Source: Verrucomicrobiales bacterium (GTDB lineage: Bacteria > Verrucomicrobiota > Verrucomicrobiia > Limisphaerales > Palsa-1400). Taken from it: a DNA stretch of 64,000 nucleotides. Location: assembly GCA_003140095.1 (NCBI GenBank), contig PLIU01000248.1, positions 2,304 through 66,303 on the forward strand, written 5' to 3'. A program made the translations under genes and the position numbers. The notes beneath the pieces were generated by a model. The model was not told the origin of the DNA. It searched no databases and worked only from the letters and a program-made list of their open reading frames with translations. Below, piece by piece: positions 63,209 through 64,000 of this stretch (position 1 is its first letter; each line of letters begins with the position of its first letter).

Positions 63209-64000
63209 ATGCCAGGACCTGGTTCATATTGGGTAGGCGAGGAAGAAAAAAAGCAGGTGCTCGAGGTGCTGGCCAGCGGTCACCTGAGCCGCTATGGAAA
63301 TCTGGAAGACCCGAAATTCACACGCAAAGTTTTCACGCTGGAGGAGGAGTTTGCCAGGTACGTTGGCGTCCCGTATGCGCTGGCGACAAGTTCCGGCACA
63401 AGCGCGCTGTTGTGCTGTTTGTTGGCGGCCGGGCTGAAACCCGGCGACGAAGTCATCGTGCCCGCTTACACTTTTGTGGCGACCTACAGCGCCGCAGCGT
63501 TCCTGGGTCTGGTGCCGATTCTATGCGAAATTGACGAGAGTTTGGATCTTGACCCGACGGATGTGGAGCGGCGGATCACACCGAAGACACGGGCCATCAT
63601 GGCGGTGCATATGCTGGGCAACCCGTGCGACATGGACGCCATCCTGGCCATCGCCACCCGGCACGGTCTGTTGGTGATCGAAGATGCCTGTCAAGCCGCG
63701 GGGGCCTCCTACCGGGGACGCAAAGTCGGCAGCATCGGGGACATGGCAGGTTTCTCGCTCAATGTGTTCAAGACCATTACGGCCGGCGACGGCGGTCTGG
63801 TAACGGCGCGCACCGAAGCGCACTATAAAACGGCATTTGGCTTTCATGACCAGGGGCACTCCCCATTACGCGCAGGGGTGGAGGTGGGGCGCCGGTGCCT
63901 TCTGGGCCTGAACTTTCGCATGAATGAAATCACGGGCGCGCTGGCGCTGGCGCAGTTGCGCAAGATCGACCTCATCATCGCCGCGCTCCGTGAAAAGAAG
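63209..64000 (+). CDS. DegT/DnrJ/EryC1/StrS-family PLP-dependent sugar aminotransferase/dehydratase; 3' end beyond the window
   Basis: Not in the ORF track (no stop). From ATG 63209: FTLEEEFARYVGVPYALATSSGTSAL, VIVPAYTFVAT, IMAVHMLGNPCDMD, LVIEDACQA, and FSLNVFKTITAGDGG (PLP Lys). Open to position 64000. Confidence 0.88.
   Translation, partial: MPGPGSYWVGEEEKKQVLEVLASGHLSRYGNLEDPKFTRKVFTLEEEFARYVGVPYALATSSGTSALLCCLLAAGLKPGDEVIVPAYTFVATYSAAAFLGLVPILCEIDESLDLDPTDVERRITPKTRAIMAVHMLGNPCDMDAILAIATRHGLLVIEDACQAAGASYRGRKVGSIGDMAGFSLNVFKTITAGDGGLVTARTEAHYKTAFGFHDQGHSPLRAGVEVGRRCLLGLNFRMNEITGALALAQLRKIDLIIAALREKK

Overview
High-G+C bacterial chromosomal window. The gene content suggests a Verrucomicrobia/PVC-type organism, by inference only: ECF sigma / Ser-Thr kinase pairs, a prepilin-type N-methyl protein ending in DGHVEW, a GloVer-type repeat remnant, giant LRR and Ig-repeat surface proteins, and TAT-signal Gfo/Idh/MocA oxidoreductases. 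I can support about 45 protein-coding genes or gene remnants, one tRNA-Ala(CGC) and several non-coding repeats. I saw no rRNA, CRISPR array, transposase, integrase or reverse transcriptase. The left third is mostly housekeeping: P-type ATPase, smc, plsY-gpsA, folK, dapB-dapA, tgt. The rest is an accessory patchwork of kinases, sigma factors, glycan-utilisation genes and many decayed genes: two toxin-antitoxin loci, a XylR-like regulator, a frameshifted GH51, a LuxR-type response regulator, and TPR and GloVer fragments. The main leads are as follows. (1) A co-directional, tightly spaced AAA+ ATPase - RtcB RNA ligase - PhyH dioxygenase cluster starts inside a truncated Phd/VapC locus. (2) A dispersed intergenic repeat family carries helically phased 10-bp GGTCAAACC arrays; its three copies each point at the downstream gene. 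(3) A 32-bp-stem hairpin is built entirely of hexamer repeats. (4) A one-strand block runs sugar ABC transporter - giant Ig-repeat protein - pseudopilin-like protein - GH127. (5) A GalU-like nucleotidyltransferase is translationally coupled to a 1106-aa fucokinase-like / UDPGP-like fusion protein. All family assignments come from motif recognition by eye; no searches were run.
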